From positions 2,023,882 through 2,087,881 of the forward strand of contig NW_003314281.1 of NCBI RefSeq assembly GCF_000143415.4: a DNA stretch of 64,000 nucleotides, in the 5' to 3' direction. Positions within the stretch are counted from its first letter, which is position 1; every line of letters begins with the position of its first letter. Origin of the DNA: Selaginella moellendorffii. Lineage: Eukaryota; Plantae; Lycopodiophyta. The notes under the pieces were generated by a model. It was not told the DNA's origin. It ran no database searches and was given only the letters and a program-made list of their open reading frames with translations. The position numbers and the translations under genes were made by a program. Below, in pieces: positions 11,656-23,870 of this stretch.

Positions 11656-12990
11656 ATGAGCTCCGAATCTCCGAAGTCGGTCGATGGTGTCAAGAGCCGC
11701 ATTGCTCCATATGGCCTGTGGTTGCTGATTGCGCTTGTGGCTACGAATCTCTTGACGCTCTACACTTTTGCTATTCATCCGGCAAGCGGATCTGAGCTGT
11801 TCTACTCGGGAAGCAGAGATACTAGTCATTCAGTCGCGAAGCTCAACGAGGCACTGGACAATCTCGAGGTAACCCAGAGAGAACTTCTTCGAGTGAAGCA
11901 GGAGTTGAGTGAGTCCTTATCTCTCCTGGACGCACTGTCCAGAGGCAAAGCAGCAGGGGACAGGCCTAGAGATGGAGATGACTGCCAGTGCTTTATATCC
12001 AAAAAAGACGACTTTCCACGAGCAGATGAGTTTCAGAAGCTGGTCACTCCACAAATGCTCCCTCTGGGATTTAGCTCGCAGCTCAAGACCGACGCTCTTA
12101 CGTCTCCAGTCGGGCACGCCTGCCTGATGCACAAGGAAGATCTGGAAGAGTACATGCAGTACAAAGCTGGGGAGCTTTGCCCCGACGACGAATCTCTCAC
12201 TCAGAAGCTGCTAACAGGTGGCTGTGAGCCTCTTCCTCGAAGGAGATGCTTCGCTAGATTGCCTGCCGGCTACAAGGAGCCCTTCCCTGTGCCAAAGTCG
12301 TTTTGGACTTCTCCACCCGACGAGAACATCATCTGGACCGCCTACACTTGCAAGAGCTTCGAGTGCCTCAATGCCAGGAAGAAAAAGCGTATTTTCGCCG
12401 ACTGCCTCGACTGCTTCGATCTTGAAGGCAGGGAATCCGAGCGCTGGGCTGGAAGTGCTACTGCTGGTGGTGGCCTGGATCTCTCGATCGAAGAGGTGCT
12501 ATCGTTCAAGCCCGGGGGCTCCATCCGGATCGGTCTGGACATTGGCGGGGGCAGCGGCACGTTTGCAGTGAGGATGCGAGAGCACAACGTGACCATCGTC
12601 ACCACGACGCTCAACTTCGACGGGCCTTTCAACAGCTTCATCGCTCTTCGAGGCGTGATCCCGCTCTACCTCACGGTCTCGCAGCGCTTCCCCTTCTTCG
12701 ACAACACTCTAGACATCGTCCACTCGATGCACGTCCTCAGCAACTGGATCCCGCTGGGGATGCTCGACTTCATACTGTTCGACATCGATCGGATCCTCAG
12801 GCCCGGGGGGATCCTCTGGCTGGATCACTTCTTTTGCATCGAGAACCAGCTCAACGAGGTTTACATCCCCATGATCGAGAGGCTGGGCTACAAGAAGCTG
12901 CGGTGGACCGTGGGGAAGAAGCTGGATCGTGGGCCGGAGCTCATGGAGAGATATCTTACTGCCGTGTTGGAGAAGCCATTTACCAGGTAG
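11656..12990 (+). CDS. Membrane-anchored SAM-dependent methyltransferase (plant Methyltransf_29-like), intronless
   Basis: N-terminal TM and coiled coil, GCEPLPRRRC, IRIGLDIGGGSGTFA, FDNTLDIVHSMHVL, DRILRPGG. Confidence 0.9.
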   Translation: MSSESPKSVDGVKSRIAPYGLWLLIALVATNLLTLYTFAIHPASGSELFYSGSRDTSHSVAKLNEALDNLEVTQRELLRVKQELSESLSLLDALSRGKAAGDRPRDGDDCQCFISKKDDFPRADEFQKLVTPQMLPLGFSSQLKTDALTSPVGHACLMHKEDLEEYMQYKAGELCPDDESLTQKLLTGGCEPLPRRRCFARLPAGYKEPFPVPKSFWTSPPDENIIWTAYTCKSFECLNARKKKRIFADCLDCFDLEGRESERWAGSATAGGGLDLSIEEVLSFKPGGSIRIGLDIGGGSGTFAVRMREHNVTIVTTTLNFDGPFNSFIALRGVIPLYLTVSQRFPFFDNTLDIVHSMHVLSNWIPLGMLDFILFDIDRILRPGGILWLDHFFCIENQLNEVYIPMIERLGYKKLRWTVGKKLDRGPELMERYLTAVLEKPFTR

Positions 12991-13399
12991 AAAAAAAATG
13001 CTAGATGCTATCTGTCACCGAGTGTGCACGATGTGATTTGAAAGCCAGACAGTTTTGAAACGTCCAGACAAGCTTTTCGTTAAAGTCAAGAGGTCTCCAA
13101 CTTCAGTATTGTCAGGACAATTGGATTAAAAACTTCTGTGATATATGAGAATTTACTAAGAAAATTATTATGAATTAAAAGTTTTAAATCTTTAAAATAT
13201 TAGAAAATTTTAAAGCAAAAGAGAGTGTCAGCATCAAGAATTTCTTTTGTTACTTAATCCTTATATCACTTTGCTGATGTGATTGGCAGACCATAGGGTG
13301 ACTTCATTTAGACAGCGTGATAGCCACTTAAGTATATATGCAATGCCAATCGTTGATAAATGATGTAGCTATAAGAACATCCTTGGAGAAACCAAGAAC

Positions 13400-13830
13400 G
13401 ATAAATTTACCGTAGCCTTTGCGGCCTAATTTTTCTTGCACCTTCAATGCATGACACACAAATGGTCTCATGAACAAAAGCAATCCCGGAAAGGAAGTGA
13501 GACAGTAGAAAAGAACGCATCTCTTTCAGAACAGACGTGAGAAATATCACAGCAGAGAATTGCAGAAGCTCCAGTATGTCTCAGAATTGGATAACAGCAT
13601 CAGCATTTGGAAGCTAGAGCAGAAATCCAAGGAATTAATTCAAACAATGTAGATAAAAGAAGATTAAGGAGCTCGCTCCAGTATTACCAGGTAATGCAAT
13701 GCATCAGGAGGTAAACGAGGCAATTACGAAGCACATGAGGAACATAGAGGACTGCCGCAGGGAATATCATCTTGCAAATAAATTTCTTCCACCACAATCA
13801 AGATCACCTTGGATTGCCTCTTGAACTTGC
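13400..13830 (-). pseudogene. Relic of the DIS3/RRP44 N-terminus (CR3/PIN)
   Basis: KRQSKVILIVVEEIYLQDDIPCGSPLCSSC resembles the DIS3 motif VREHYLRDDIxCG..C..C. Downstream PIN-like traces (AVIFLTSVLKE) are interrupted by stops. Confidence 0.55.
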
Positions 13831-16800
13831 AAGGAATCTGCCTGAGCACCAAGGCATTTAGGATGATAATAAATCGTGGTGGCACACAACAGCCCACTGA
13901 CGTGGTTTCTCCAAATTTAACTATATGGAACACCCCAGTGATATAAATAGGACTTCCAATATGAAAAAACTATATAAATTACATTATCTAGTTTGGCATA
14001 TAGTTTTATCGTATGAGGTTTGAAATAATTTTTTAATGATTTTTATAATAGTGCTTTATCTGGATTTAGATATATATTTTTTATATAGTTTATGTATTAG
14101 TGTGACAAATACTTTTTAGTATAGTGTCTTACTTTGTTTTTTCATCAAATGCTATATGATTTTTCATATGATAAATATCTAGGATTTTATTTAGTTTTTG
14201 AAAAATAAATACATATGTGTTTAAGATATAGTTAATTATATAGTCAATTATTAAATTCAATATGTCGTTTAGAAAAATAATTTTCTTTAATTTTACATAT
14301 ATTTATGATTTGATTTAGCTATATAGTTTTTACATGCTTCCATTTATCTCATAAAATATTTCAATGTTTTGAATAATTAACATACTCTCATTTCAAGTAT
14401 TTATCACCTATATTCCTATCACCAAATGCCCAACATTTAAAGCATGTCTAGCAAGATACTTTAAATTTTCTTATATTTTTGTTTTTATTTCGCAAGGTAG
14501 TTGGTAGAACTTGTCTTTCATCTTGTAAAACTATTTAATATTGTGAAGGGTAACTTCCTTTTCAATGAGTAGCTTGAGGATTCCTTTTAAAATATTTATG
14601 TCCAAATTTTTAAATTTGGCCTCACACAAGAACCAAATTAATCATACATATTACTTGCTTAAATGAAAATTAAAATACCTATTTCATCTTTTATAAAGTG
14701 TTTGGGCTTGTTTATAGAGGCTTCAAAGTTACCATTCTTTGTTTTCATTCTTCTACAATAAAAATTAGCTTAGAACATATTTAAATATGTTAGAAAATCT
14801 TTATTCACCTCATCTTATGCTACAAAGGTAGGTTGTTGAGGCTTTTGAATGACACTAGCCTTAGTATTAACATCACTTTCTAGAGCTTTGAATTTATAGA
14901 GAAACTATATAGTAAAATATTTAAAACCATACAATAATCTACCTTTAGAAGGGCTTTCAACAATGGGGAGAACATTCTTTCATGCTCTGAAATTTAGCTC
15001 AAAACATGAACTTTTTGCCCTAGAATATGGGGTAGAAGGGGAATATACCCCTGTGCTCATGCCCCTTAAAAGTGGAATATTCCAGGGAATCTCACTTAAA
15101 GCTCTAAGCCATCTCCTAACAGGTGACTATAAGGAAATATACTTGCTCTATCACGCATGAAAACCCATGGCCAAAGTGTTGGTGTAGACTCCAAAATGAT
15201 GCCTTCTATTGGCAATTGCTGTGAGGAAAATAAACCAAAGAAAAGAGAAAAAGAACAAAGAGAGTGTGGAGTTCTAGATCAAGGGGAAATCACATGGGAA
15301 AACTTAACAAAAGAACTAGACACTAAAACAAAAGGAGACAAAAGTGGAGAAAAGAAAAATGAAAATAAAATAAATAAAAGAAAAAAAAACAAAGGAAAAA
15401 AATAAACAGAAGGTGGAAACATAAAATTAAGTCGAAAAACCACTTACCTAGACTCTAACTTAAAGCCTCTTCACCTCTGAAAAGTGCCTCAAACATAACT
15501 CAATTACTCTCAAAGTTCCAAAGGAATGAAGTAATGTAAGTGAATATGTTACCTGAGAATAGTCACTTTAAGAATGATGGAAGACAATAGCCTAGCAAAT
15601 GAATGGTAGAATATAGTGATGACTAATTTTAATAGAGTGATTATGGAGGGGATCTGGCAACTTGTGAATATGGTCAAAATGGTTAGCAGTATGTGTGCTT
15701 GTCGCAGAAGAAGGAAATGCTCACAGTCTTTGAGGGCATCTACTACTAGAGGAATGTGGTATTGGGTAAAATGTTTGCCCAAAGTCATGCCTAGTCTCTT
15801 GTGTGCATCAAGTCCAAATGGCTCTCAAAAATCAATTGTTAAGTGTCTTGGATTTGCCTGTACTTGTGCATTGAGATAATCTTTGTTATATCTTGAGTTT
15901 GGCACTTTAGATTTTGCTGCTCCTGGTGTGTCTACTAGGGATCTCTAAAATCATGTGTAAATGGTGAGAAAAGTGAAGAAATGTGGACTAGGCAATTGTA
16001 GTGAGTGGTAAATTTTGGTGTAGCAAGTAGAAGAATGAATATATTGTGACTGTGAGTGATAAAGAGTGATGTTGATGATAGATGGAGTGAAATCATATGA
16101 AGAAAACTTAGGAACCGTGAGTAGCAAACCATGAAATGGATAAGCTCTCAAACAAGAAGAGTTGATGCAGCCTCAAGGTGAAAGCCCAGGCTCATGTTTG
16201 CTCCACTTATAGGATCACGTCCTAGAAGAGAGAAGAAAAGAGGTGAAAGAAAAGAAAAAGAAAGAAAAAACAAGGGATAAAAAGAATAATAGAAAAGAAG
16301 TCATTGCAAAGATGTGTCCATGAAGCTTCAAACTGTTGTATGTAGTATGGAAGGAAGTGTCTCTAAAGTAGTGAATTCAATCCAAAGCACTCATAAGAAT
16401 CTAGTAGGTAAATGAAGTGTTGGTGGCTATAAAGATGCCATGATCACTGTGGGTGATGCCACCACTAGTATCTTATGGCTGAAGAGGTCCAATATGACAT
16501 CCCAAGGCTGGAAAAGCTTTGGAAAAGAGCTGGGTTGGTGGTGGAGAAAAAGTGCAACTCTCACCACTTTTGGTTGATAGATAATTTGCAAGTTTTTGGC
16601 CTGTATGCACCTCATCCATTTATTGTATTAGAGTGTTGTGGACTATGATAGAGGGTTAAAGAAGGTGTAGAGAAAAAGTCATAGCTGAAAATAGCCTCTA
16701 AGTCATTACAAATGTGTTCTCATCATTGCTTATAAGGTCACACAATAAAGTCTATGTGCTTTGTAGACTTTTCTGTAAAGGCACAATTAGTACAACATCA

Positions 16801-17702
16801 CAAAATGTTGGGTCAATCTCAAGTGAAGTGGCCTCATCTAGTGGCCAAGGCTGCATCTCTACCTCATTTGGATGGGCTTTGTTCTCCACAAGCTTAGAAG
16901 CTATTGTTTTTACTTGAAAACTCATGTGAAGTTTGCTCTTGTTAATAGAGTTGTGTGGAATCTCTGAGCTAAGAAAAATTGGATTTAACACTTCTAGTTG
17001 TGTGAGAAAGTATTGTAAAGTGTCCTCTTGTGTCCTTGTAATAGGATTTGTCTCAAGAAAGTCATTCTCCACAAAAATTGTGTTCTCCTCCAAGTTAGGC
17101 ATTTATGGAATCTCAAGAATCTTGTTTGAATATTTTGCTTCCTTGATCTTGAGTGAGTATGGTGATGTGGAGTAGATAGAGGAGAAGGCAAGGGACAAGG
17201 TTGTCCAGTCTGTATGCAAAAAATTGATCATATTGCATCATAAAGACTAAAATTCCATTATTATGTTGGCAATTGACAAAGAAGCAATATATTGTTGTGG
17301 AGAGTGTCAAGACCCTTGACAAGATCAAGATTGGAAAATGCAAAAAGACAAAGAGAAAAGCTAGTGGAAACAAAGAAGAGGCCTTAGACTGGCGTTGATT
17401 CAGATTGTGGAGAAATGGAACAAGGCTAACCTATATATACTATAGGTTGATGAAGCTCCACCACTCTTGGATCGAGGACGGCCTAAATATAGCTGAGGTC
17501 GAGGAGGCACCACATCATCATCAGGAATGTGGCTCGAGACTTAGGAATCGGGAAGTGTCTCGAGAGTCAGGAATAGAAAAGTGTCTCGAGAATCAGGAAT
17601 AGGGAAGTGTCTCAAGAGTCAGGAATGTGGTCTGTAGGTCAGGAATCCGGCGAGAGTCAGGAATGTGGCAAGAATTGGGGGATTCCTGACAGCACCCCCT
17701 CC

Positions 17703-20700
17703 TCAAGAACGAGTGGAACGAGGATGTGAACAAGAACGAAGAGGAGGATGAGATGAGCGGCGAGGGATGGGAGATGGAGAAAAAGAATGAGGACTGGGAC
17801 GAGAAGGATAGTGGCGGTGGAAGTCCTGAACAAGGTCAAGAGAATGAAGCAGGTTGTCTGCAGGTTCCCAAGTGCATTCCTCAGGTCCGTAACCCTTCCA
17901 GTCCACCAGATAGTAGAGTTTAGACCGTGAAATCTTGGAATCAAGGATGTCCTGAACCTCGTACTCAGACCCATCCTCGAGCTGCACTGGTGGAGGCGGA
18001 GGAATGACCCAATTTGGAATAGGATTGGGAATATAAGGCTCAAGGAGAGAGGAGTGAAAAACGGGGTGAATTTGATATGAGGAGGGAAGTGCAAGGCGAT
18101 AAGTGACAGGATTAATGATGGCAGAGATAGGGAAAGGACCAAGGCGTTTGAAATCGAGTTTTGGACAGGGCCTGGTGGTGGAGATATTTCGCCTGAGGAG
18201 CCAGACTTTATCCCCGATATTGTAAGGGGGACAATCCTGACGATGGACATTGGCAAATGTTTTATGAAATTCCTGAGCACGATGGAGGTGGAAGGAGATG
18301 GAGTTGTGGATTTCCTGGAGGTTGGAGATAAATGCCTCAGAGCAGGGATTTGAACGAGAGGATTTAGATGGAGAAGGAAGTGAGAGATTGAATCGAGGAT
18401 TTCGGCCAGAGTTCGCAAAGAAGGGGGAAACTCGAAGAGAGGAGTGAACAGAGTTGTTATAGGAGAACTCAGCAAGGGGAAGGATATCGAACCAGTTATC
18501 CTGATGATAGTTGATGAAGCACCTCAAGAATTGTTCCAACGTCTGAATCGTTCGCTTGGACTGCCCATCAGTTTGAGGATGATATGCCGAAGAGAGGTTG
18601 GCCTTCACTCCAAGCAGCTGCAAAAACTGTTGCCAGAAATGAGAGATGAACTGAGGCCCCCGATCCGAAACCACATCTGTAGGAATCCCATGAAGTCGGA
18701 AAATTTCCCTGAATACCAGTTTTGCCATGTCCTCGCCCGAAAACTCCTTGGTACATGGCAAGAAGTGCGCCATCTTTGTGAAGCGATCCACCATGACTAA
18801 AATGCTGTTGAAGCCTCCAGAACTCGGAAGATCACTCAAGAAATCCATGGAGATGGATTCCCAAGGACCTAAAGGGACCGGAAGGGAACGAAGCAAACCT
18901 GAAGGAAGGTGGCGAGGTACCTTATTCCGGGCACAAGTGTCACAGGAGGTAACAAAAGCTTTGATGTAGTCGTCCATGTGAGGCCACCAAAAGTCCCGTG
19001 CAACTAGCTCATAGGTTTTCGCAATGCCGAAGTGACCAGCAGTTGGGCTATCGTGGCACGCCATCAGGACCAACCTTCGAGCATCACCTTCAGGAATGTA
19101 AAGCTGCTCCCCACGGTACAATAAGCCATCTAAGAACTCAAACTCGTCAAATCGCCGGCAGTCAGGAGTCACTGGGTGTCCAGCCTGAAGATGGGGGAAA
19201 ATGTCGCTAGCGAGATCATCGGATTGAAAATCGTTTCTGATTGCATCCATCAAGGAGGAGTCCTGAGGGGCTAGGGAAATTGCCATAACTTGAAGCCGAT
19301 CAGGACCGAGGATAACTTGATCCTGTTGATCGAAGGCAGGATTACCAGGCCTGAGACTGAGATAGGAGCGCCTTGAAAGAGCATTAGGAAGGCCTTGAAA
19401 CTTTCCAGGTCTGTACTTGATAACAAAGTCAAACCGACTCAAGAATTGTGCTCACCTTGCTTGATGACGGCTTAAAACTCGGGAAGTGGCAAAGTACTCG
19501 AGATTTTTGTGATCCATCCAGACTGTTGTTTGATGGCTCGCCCCCTCCAAGAAACGGCGCCACTCTCCAAAGGAATCCACGATGGCAAGGAGCTCCTTGT
19601 CATGGATTTCGTAATTGATCTCCGCAAGCTGGAATTTCCGAGAATGGAAAGTGACCAGATGAAGTTCGTGATCCGCTCCGAGTTGAGACAGCACAGCAAC
19701 AATGGCAAAGTCGGAGGCGTCAGCCTCGATGAAGAAAGGTTGTGAGGAATCAGCATGGATCAAGACAGGAGCAGAACTGAAGGCCGCCTTGAGTGTGTCG
19801 AAGGCCTGCTGGGCAGCAGCAGACCAAGAGAAGGGAACATCCTTGCGAGTGAGATGTGTGAGAGGAAGGACAATGTTAGAGTAGTGATCAATGAATTTGC
19901 GGTAGAAGTTGGCGAAGCCAAGGAAAACCTGAACGTCCGACATTGATTGTGGAGGCTCCCATTCGAGAATAGTCTTGACTTTGGCAGGATCCATCGTGAT
20001 ACCCTCAGGAGTGACAATGTACCCAAGGAACTCCACAGACTGCTGATCAAAGGAACATTTCTCAAGCTTCGCGTATAGGCCGTGTTCTCGCAGCTTCGCT
20101 AGCACCTTGCGAACATGTTCGTCATGCTCCTCCTGAGTTTTTGAGTAGATGAGGATGTCATCGAGATAGACGATCACCATCTGATCAAGAAACTCCCGAA
20201 AGACGTCATTCGCCATGTGTTGGAAAACTGCTGGAGCATTTGTCAAGCCAAATGGCATGACAGTGTACTCGAAGTGGCCATAGTGGGTTCGGAATGCAGT
20301 CTTCCATTCATCACCAGGCCGGATCCGGATCAGGTTGTATGCTCCACGGAGGTCGATCTTGGTGAAGAAGCGGGCACCGCCGAGGCGTTCCAACAAGTCC
20401 AAGATCAGGGGCAGCGGATAACGGTTCCGAACAGTCACCTTGTTCAAACCTCGGTAGTCGATGACTAGCCGCAAGCTCCCATCCTTCTTCTTGACAAAGA
20501 AGACAGGCGCTCCAGCCGGGGACTGCGAATGCTGAATGTAGCCCGAGGCAAGGTTCTCATCCACGTACTCTTTGAGGGCCTTGAGCTCGGACGGGGATAA
20601 CCCATAGATAGGCCCCCACGGAGGTGACGCTCCTTCCTGTAAATCAATGGGACAATCATAAGGCCGATGAATAGGCAGTACACTAGCTTTTTTCTTGTCA

Positions 20701-21461
20701 AACACATCCCCAAAATCATGATACTTCTTAGGAAGACTGACAGAAGAAACATGCAAAGCAAAAAGAAAAAGAGGTTCTTCATGAAGGAGTTCTTTCATAG
20801 TGATTGTGGAGATAGGAGGAGGCGTACGATTAAATGGAATGATGAGACGAGAATACGGTCCAGTGTAAGATGGAAGAGAGGAAAAAGAAGAGGGTGAAAA
20901 CTTTATAGAGTCAAGAACAGAACCCCGATTTGAGTTTAGGGAACTTTTCCTGATTCGGACTCGATGAACAGCAAGGGAAGCCGTGGGAGAGATGAGCTGT
21001 AATTCCTTCCAACAAATCTGAGGCTGATGTAGTTGGAACCAAGGAAGACCGAGCACCACAGAGGAGGACTTGCTGTTGATGATGTTGAAGGCGATATCGG
21101 TGACGGTGGACCCGATGTGTACTTGAACGGGCAACGTTTCCCTAAGTCCAGAAGATGGAGACACAAAATGCCCGCTGATGCCTTCAACCCTCAAATCCCG
21201 TATGGTAGGAGAAAGAGGAACGTGATGTCGGGCAGCAAAGTCCGTGTCCATGAAGCAGGAAGTTGCACCCGAGTCCAGTAATGCCAAAGCCTTGAGTCCT
21301 GATTGTCCGGTGAAAGAAAGGAGACATGGGACACGGAAGTTGCGGGAATTGGTGGTGGCTTTGATGAAGGGTGGTGAGAAGCTTGATAAAGAAGAAAAGT
21401 GATTTTTATTCGGGGAGTCCAAACAGACAGCTCCTACTCTATTTGGACAGGGTCGTTTCCC
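17703..21461 (-). pseudogene. Element A pol, -1 frame to gag, one nonsense mutation
   Basis: LLDSGAT protease, YLDD RT, RNase H, integrase and chromodomain (YEVQDIL..YLVDWKGY..TWEP). In-frame TGA at 19454-19452 replaces the conserved Trp (HQAR*AQFL). Confidence 0.9.
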
Positions 21462-22456
21462 GACTGCAATAGAGGTGGACTTTGAGGCAGAGTGAACTCG
21501 AGCAGTCGAGGAGGCTTCTTGGGACATACAGCTGCTTTGTGATTAGGATCAGCACAATAGAGGCAAAGATTATGAGATATTCGACGTTGCTTCTCAGCAG
21601 GACTCAACTTCCCTCTAATGAGTCGGGGAGTACCAGAAATATCCATTGGAACCAGAGCAGTAGGTTCAGGAGTATGCCCCGAAGACTCAAGCTGGGATTC
21701 CTGAGTCTGGGACGGAAAAACAGCGGTGCGGCGACTTTCCTGACGACGTTCAAAGAGACGATTGTCACATCGAACAGCTTTGTTGATGGCATCCGACAAG
21801 TCCTTGGGATCCTCCATGGTGAGCAACAAATCCTTGACACCGTTGTTGAGGCCGAAACGAAATTGGTCAATCAAGGCCCTCTCATCCCACTGAGTGTCCA
21901 AAGCAAGGAGTTGGAACTCTGCAGCGTAGATCGAGGTAGGACGAGACCCCTGAGAGAGACGTCTCATCTTTGTGGTAGCAGCCCGAACCCGATCCGTCTC
22001 ACCAAAACATGCTTCGAGCTTCTCTTTGAACAATTGAAGATCCATCAGCTCTGGAACCACGACCCCTTTCATGCTCTTCTCCAGAAGAGGAGAAAACCAT
22101 GACAAAGCTGCACCTTCAAGCAACATCCCAATCGCGCCGATTTGAGACTCGGGAGTAGGGTACCGCCAATGTTGAACTGCGAAGATCAACTCCATCTGGT
22201 TCAGGAATCTGCGAAGCTCTGAACGCTTGTTTGAAAATTTTGCCGGGAAGCTCACCTTCGGTTCAGGAACTTTGCTGGATCCTTGAGCCGAAAGTGAAGC
22301 AAGCTCTTGCTGCATGTGAAGAAGGGTCGCCTTCAGCTCGGTATTCTCAGACTGGATTTTTGCAAGGACTTCAGCAAAGAAATCAGGATGGCTTGGAGAC
22401 TCCATTGGCAAGAAGAAAGGAAAAAGGGGGAATAAAAGGCAAAGGTAATCAAACAA
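21434..22456 (-). CDS. Element A Gag with CCHC zinc knuckle
   Basis: Retrotransposon gag domain and CLYCADPNHKAAVC. Confidence 0.9.
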   Translation of the reverse strand: MFDYLCLLFPLFPFFLPMESPSHPDFFAEVLAKIQSENTELKATLLHMQQELASLSAQGSSKVPEPKVSFPAKFSNKRSELRRFLNQMELIFAVQHWRYPTPESQIGAIGMLLEGAALSWFSPLLEKSMKGVVVPELMDLQLFKEKLEACFGETDRVRAATTKMRRLSQGSRPTSIYAAEFQLLALDTQWDERALIDQFRFGLNNGVKDLLLTMEDPKDLSDAINKAVRCDNRLFERRQESRRTAVFPSQTQESQLESSGHTPEPTALVPMDISGTPRLIRGKLSPAEKQRRISHNLCLYCADPNHKAAVCPKKPPRLLEFTLPQSPPLLQSGNDPVQIE

Positions 22457-23597
22457 TCAAAACGAGCTAAATCAAAAAACAAAAAAACACAATCTGAATC
22501 AAACTGTCAAGACCCCTGACAAGATCAAGATTAGAAAATGCAAAAAGACAAAGAGAAAAGCTAGTGGAAACAAAGAAGAGGCCTTAGACTGGCGTTGATT
22601 CAGATTGTGGAGAAATGGAACAAGGCTAACCTATATATACTATAGGTTGATGAAGCTCCACCACTCTTGGATCGAGGACGGCCTAAATATAGCTGAGGTC
22701 GAGGAGGCGCCACATCATCATCAAGAATGTGGCTCGAGACTCAGGAATCGGGAAGTGTCTCGAGAGTCAGGAATAGGAAAGTGTCTCGAGAGTCAGGAAT
22801 AGGGAAGTGTCTCGAGAGTCAGGAATGTGGTCTGCAGGTCAGGAATCCGGCGAGAGTCAGGAATGTGGCAAGAATTGGGGGATTCCTGACAGAGAGGAAC
22901 TTGATGGCACTATTTTTTATTTTAACATTGCTACTGAGAGTTTATATGTTTCTTTAAGGGTATAAACTTTTTTATTGATTTTCTTGTCTCAAGTGGTGAG
23001 TTGTGTGTTCAGGAGGTTAAACCATGTAAATTTTTATTTATCTTGTGGTGTTTGAAGTATTTTATACTAGGAGGTTGTTTTCCAAGCTTTAAATACTTTT
23101 TTTTAATTTTCCCATTTTTGCCTTGATAAAAATTCCTCTTCCAATGCTTTTTTTATCCACTTTTTCTTCTTCTACAATATTTCCTCCTCATATTTCTCAC
23201 TTTCTCCTTTTTTCTGATGCTTCAAACTTTTTTTTCTTCTTTAGAGGGGGTAAAAGGGATAGATAAGAGTCCAACTCCAAAGATAAAGTGAGGACAAATA
23301 GATATAGTAGTGAAGCAAAGACGAATAACATAAATTGTGGAGTGAGGACTAACATAGCAAGTTTAAACAGAATATTTAACCCTAACATAATGAGGCTGAA
23401 TAAATGTAGTAGTGGAGTGAGACCTAACATAAATGACAAAGTCCTAATGGAATTGGTGCTTTAAAACTTTTCTTCGTTCAAGGAAGGGAATATAGGATAT
23501 AGAGGACAATTTTGACTTCCTCTATATATAGTGTTAGATGAGGATGAAGGTTAGGAGGGTCAGTTAATATGGGTCTTGGATGTTGACCAAAGAGAAG

Positions 23598-23870
23598 TGT
23601 CAACTTTTGAATTTGAACTACCCAAGAAATCACCCAACCTAATATTACTCAAACTTAAGGATATTTAACCCAAGTATCCCAAAATCTTTAACCCATTGGA
23701 AGGTACATTTATATTTATGGGCACTTTCCTTTTATATTTAAAACTTTATAGATTGTCTTTCAAGTTATTTTTCTTAATTGTTTACAATCCACTACACTTT
23801 TCTACAATTTCATGCCCTTGTAAACAAAAGTTAAGAGTCATAGCTCTCCCAAGAGTGCTTTTTTGACATC
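23598..23870 (-). mobile_element. Old Cassandra-like TRIM remnant (one LTR plus part of the internal domain), interrupted by C1
   Basis: Degenerate match to 27899-28180, including the 5S-like tract. Confidence 0.75.

Larger units (their letters stand above)
17305..22891 (-). mobile_element. Element A: full-length Ty3/gypsy chromovirus, Tcn1/Tf1-like
   Basis: 387-bp LTRs 17305-17691 and 22505-22891 (TG..CA, about 9 differences), TSD GAGAG, PPT next to 17691, gag 22456-21434, PR-RT(YLDD)-RH-IN-chromodomain. Confidence 0.97.

Noticed and set aside
13950-17304. AT-rich region with broken minus-strand reading frames, continuing at 22897-23450
   Set aside because: Probably a decayed TE or gene, but I could not identify any motif or terminus; tBLASTx against TE libraries is needed.
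17530-17670. 26-bp tandem repeats (GTGTCTCGAGAGTCAGGAATAGGGAA) as a possible CRISPR-like array
   Set aside because: No spacers; these are ordinary U3 repeats present in both LTRs of element A.
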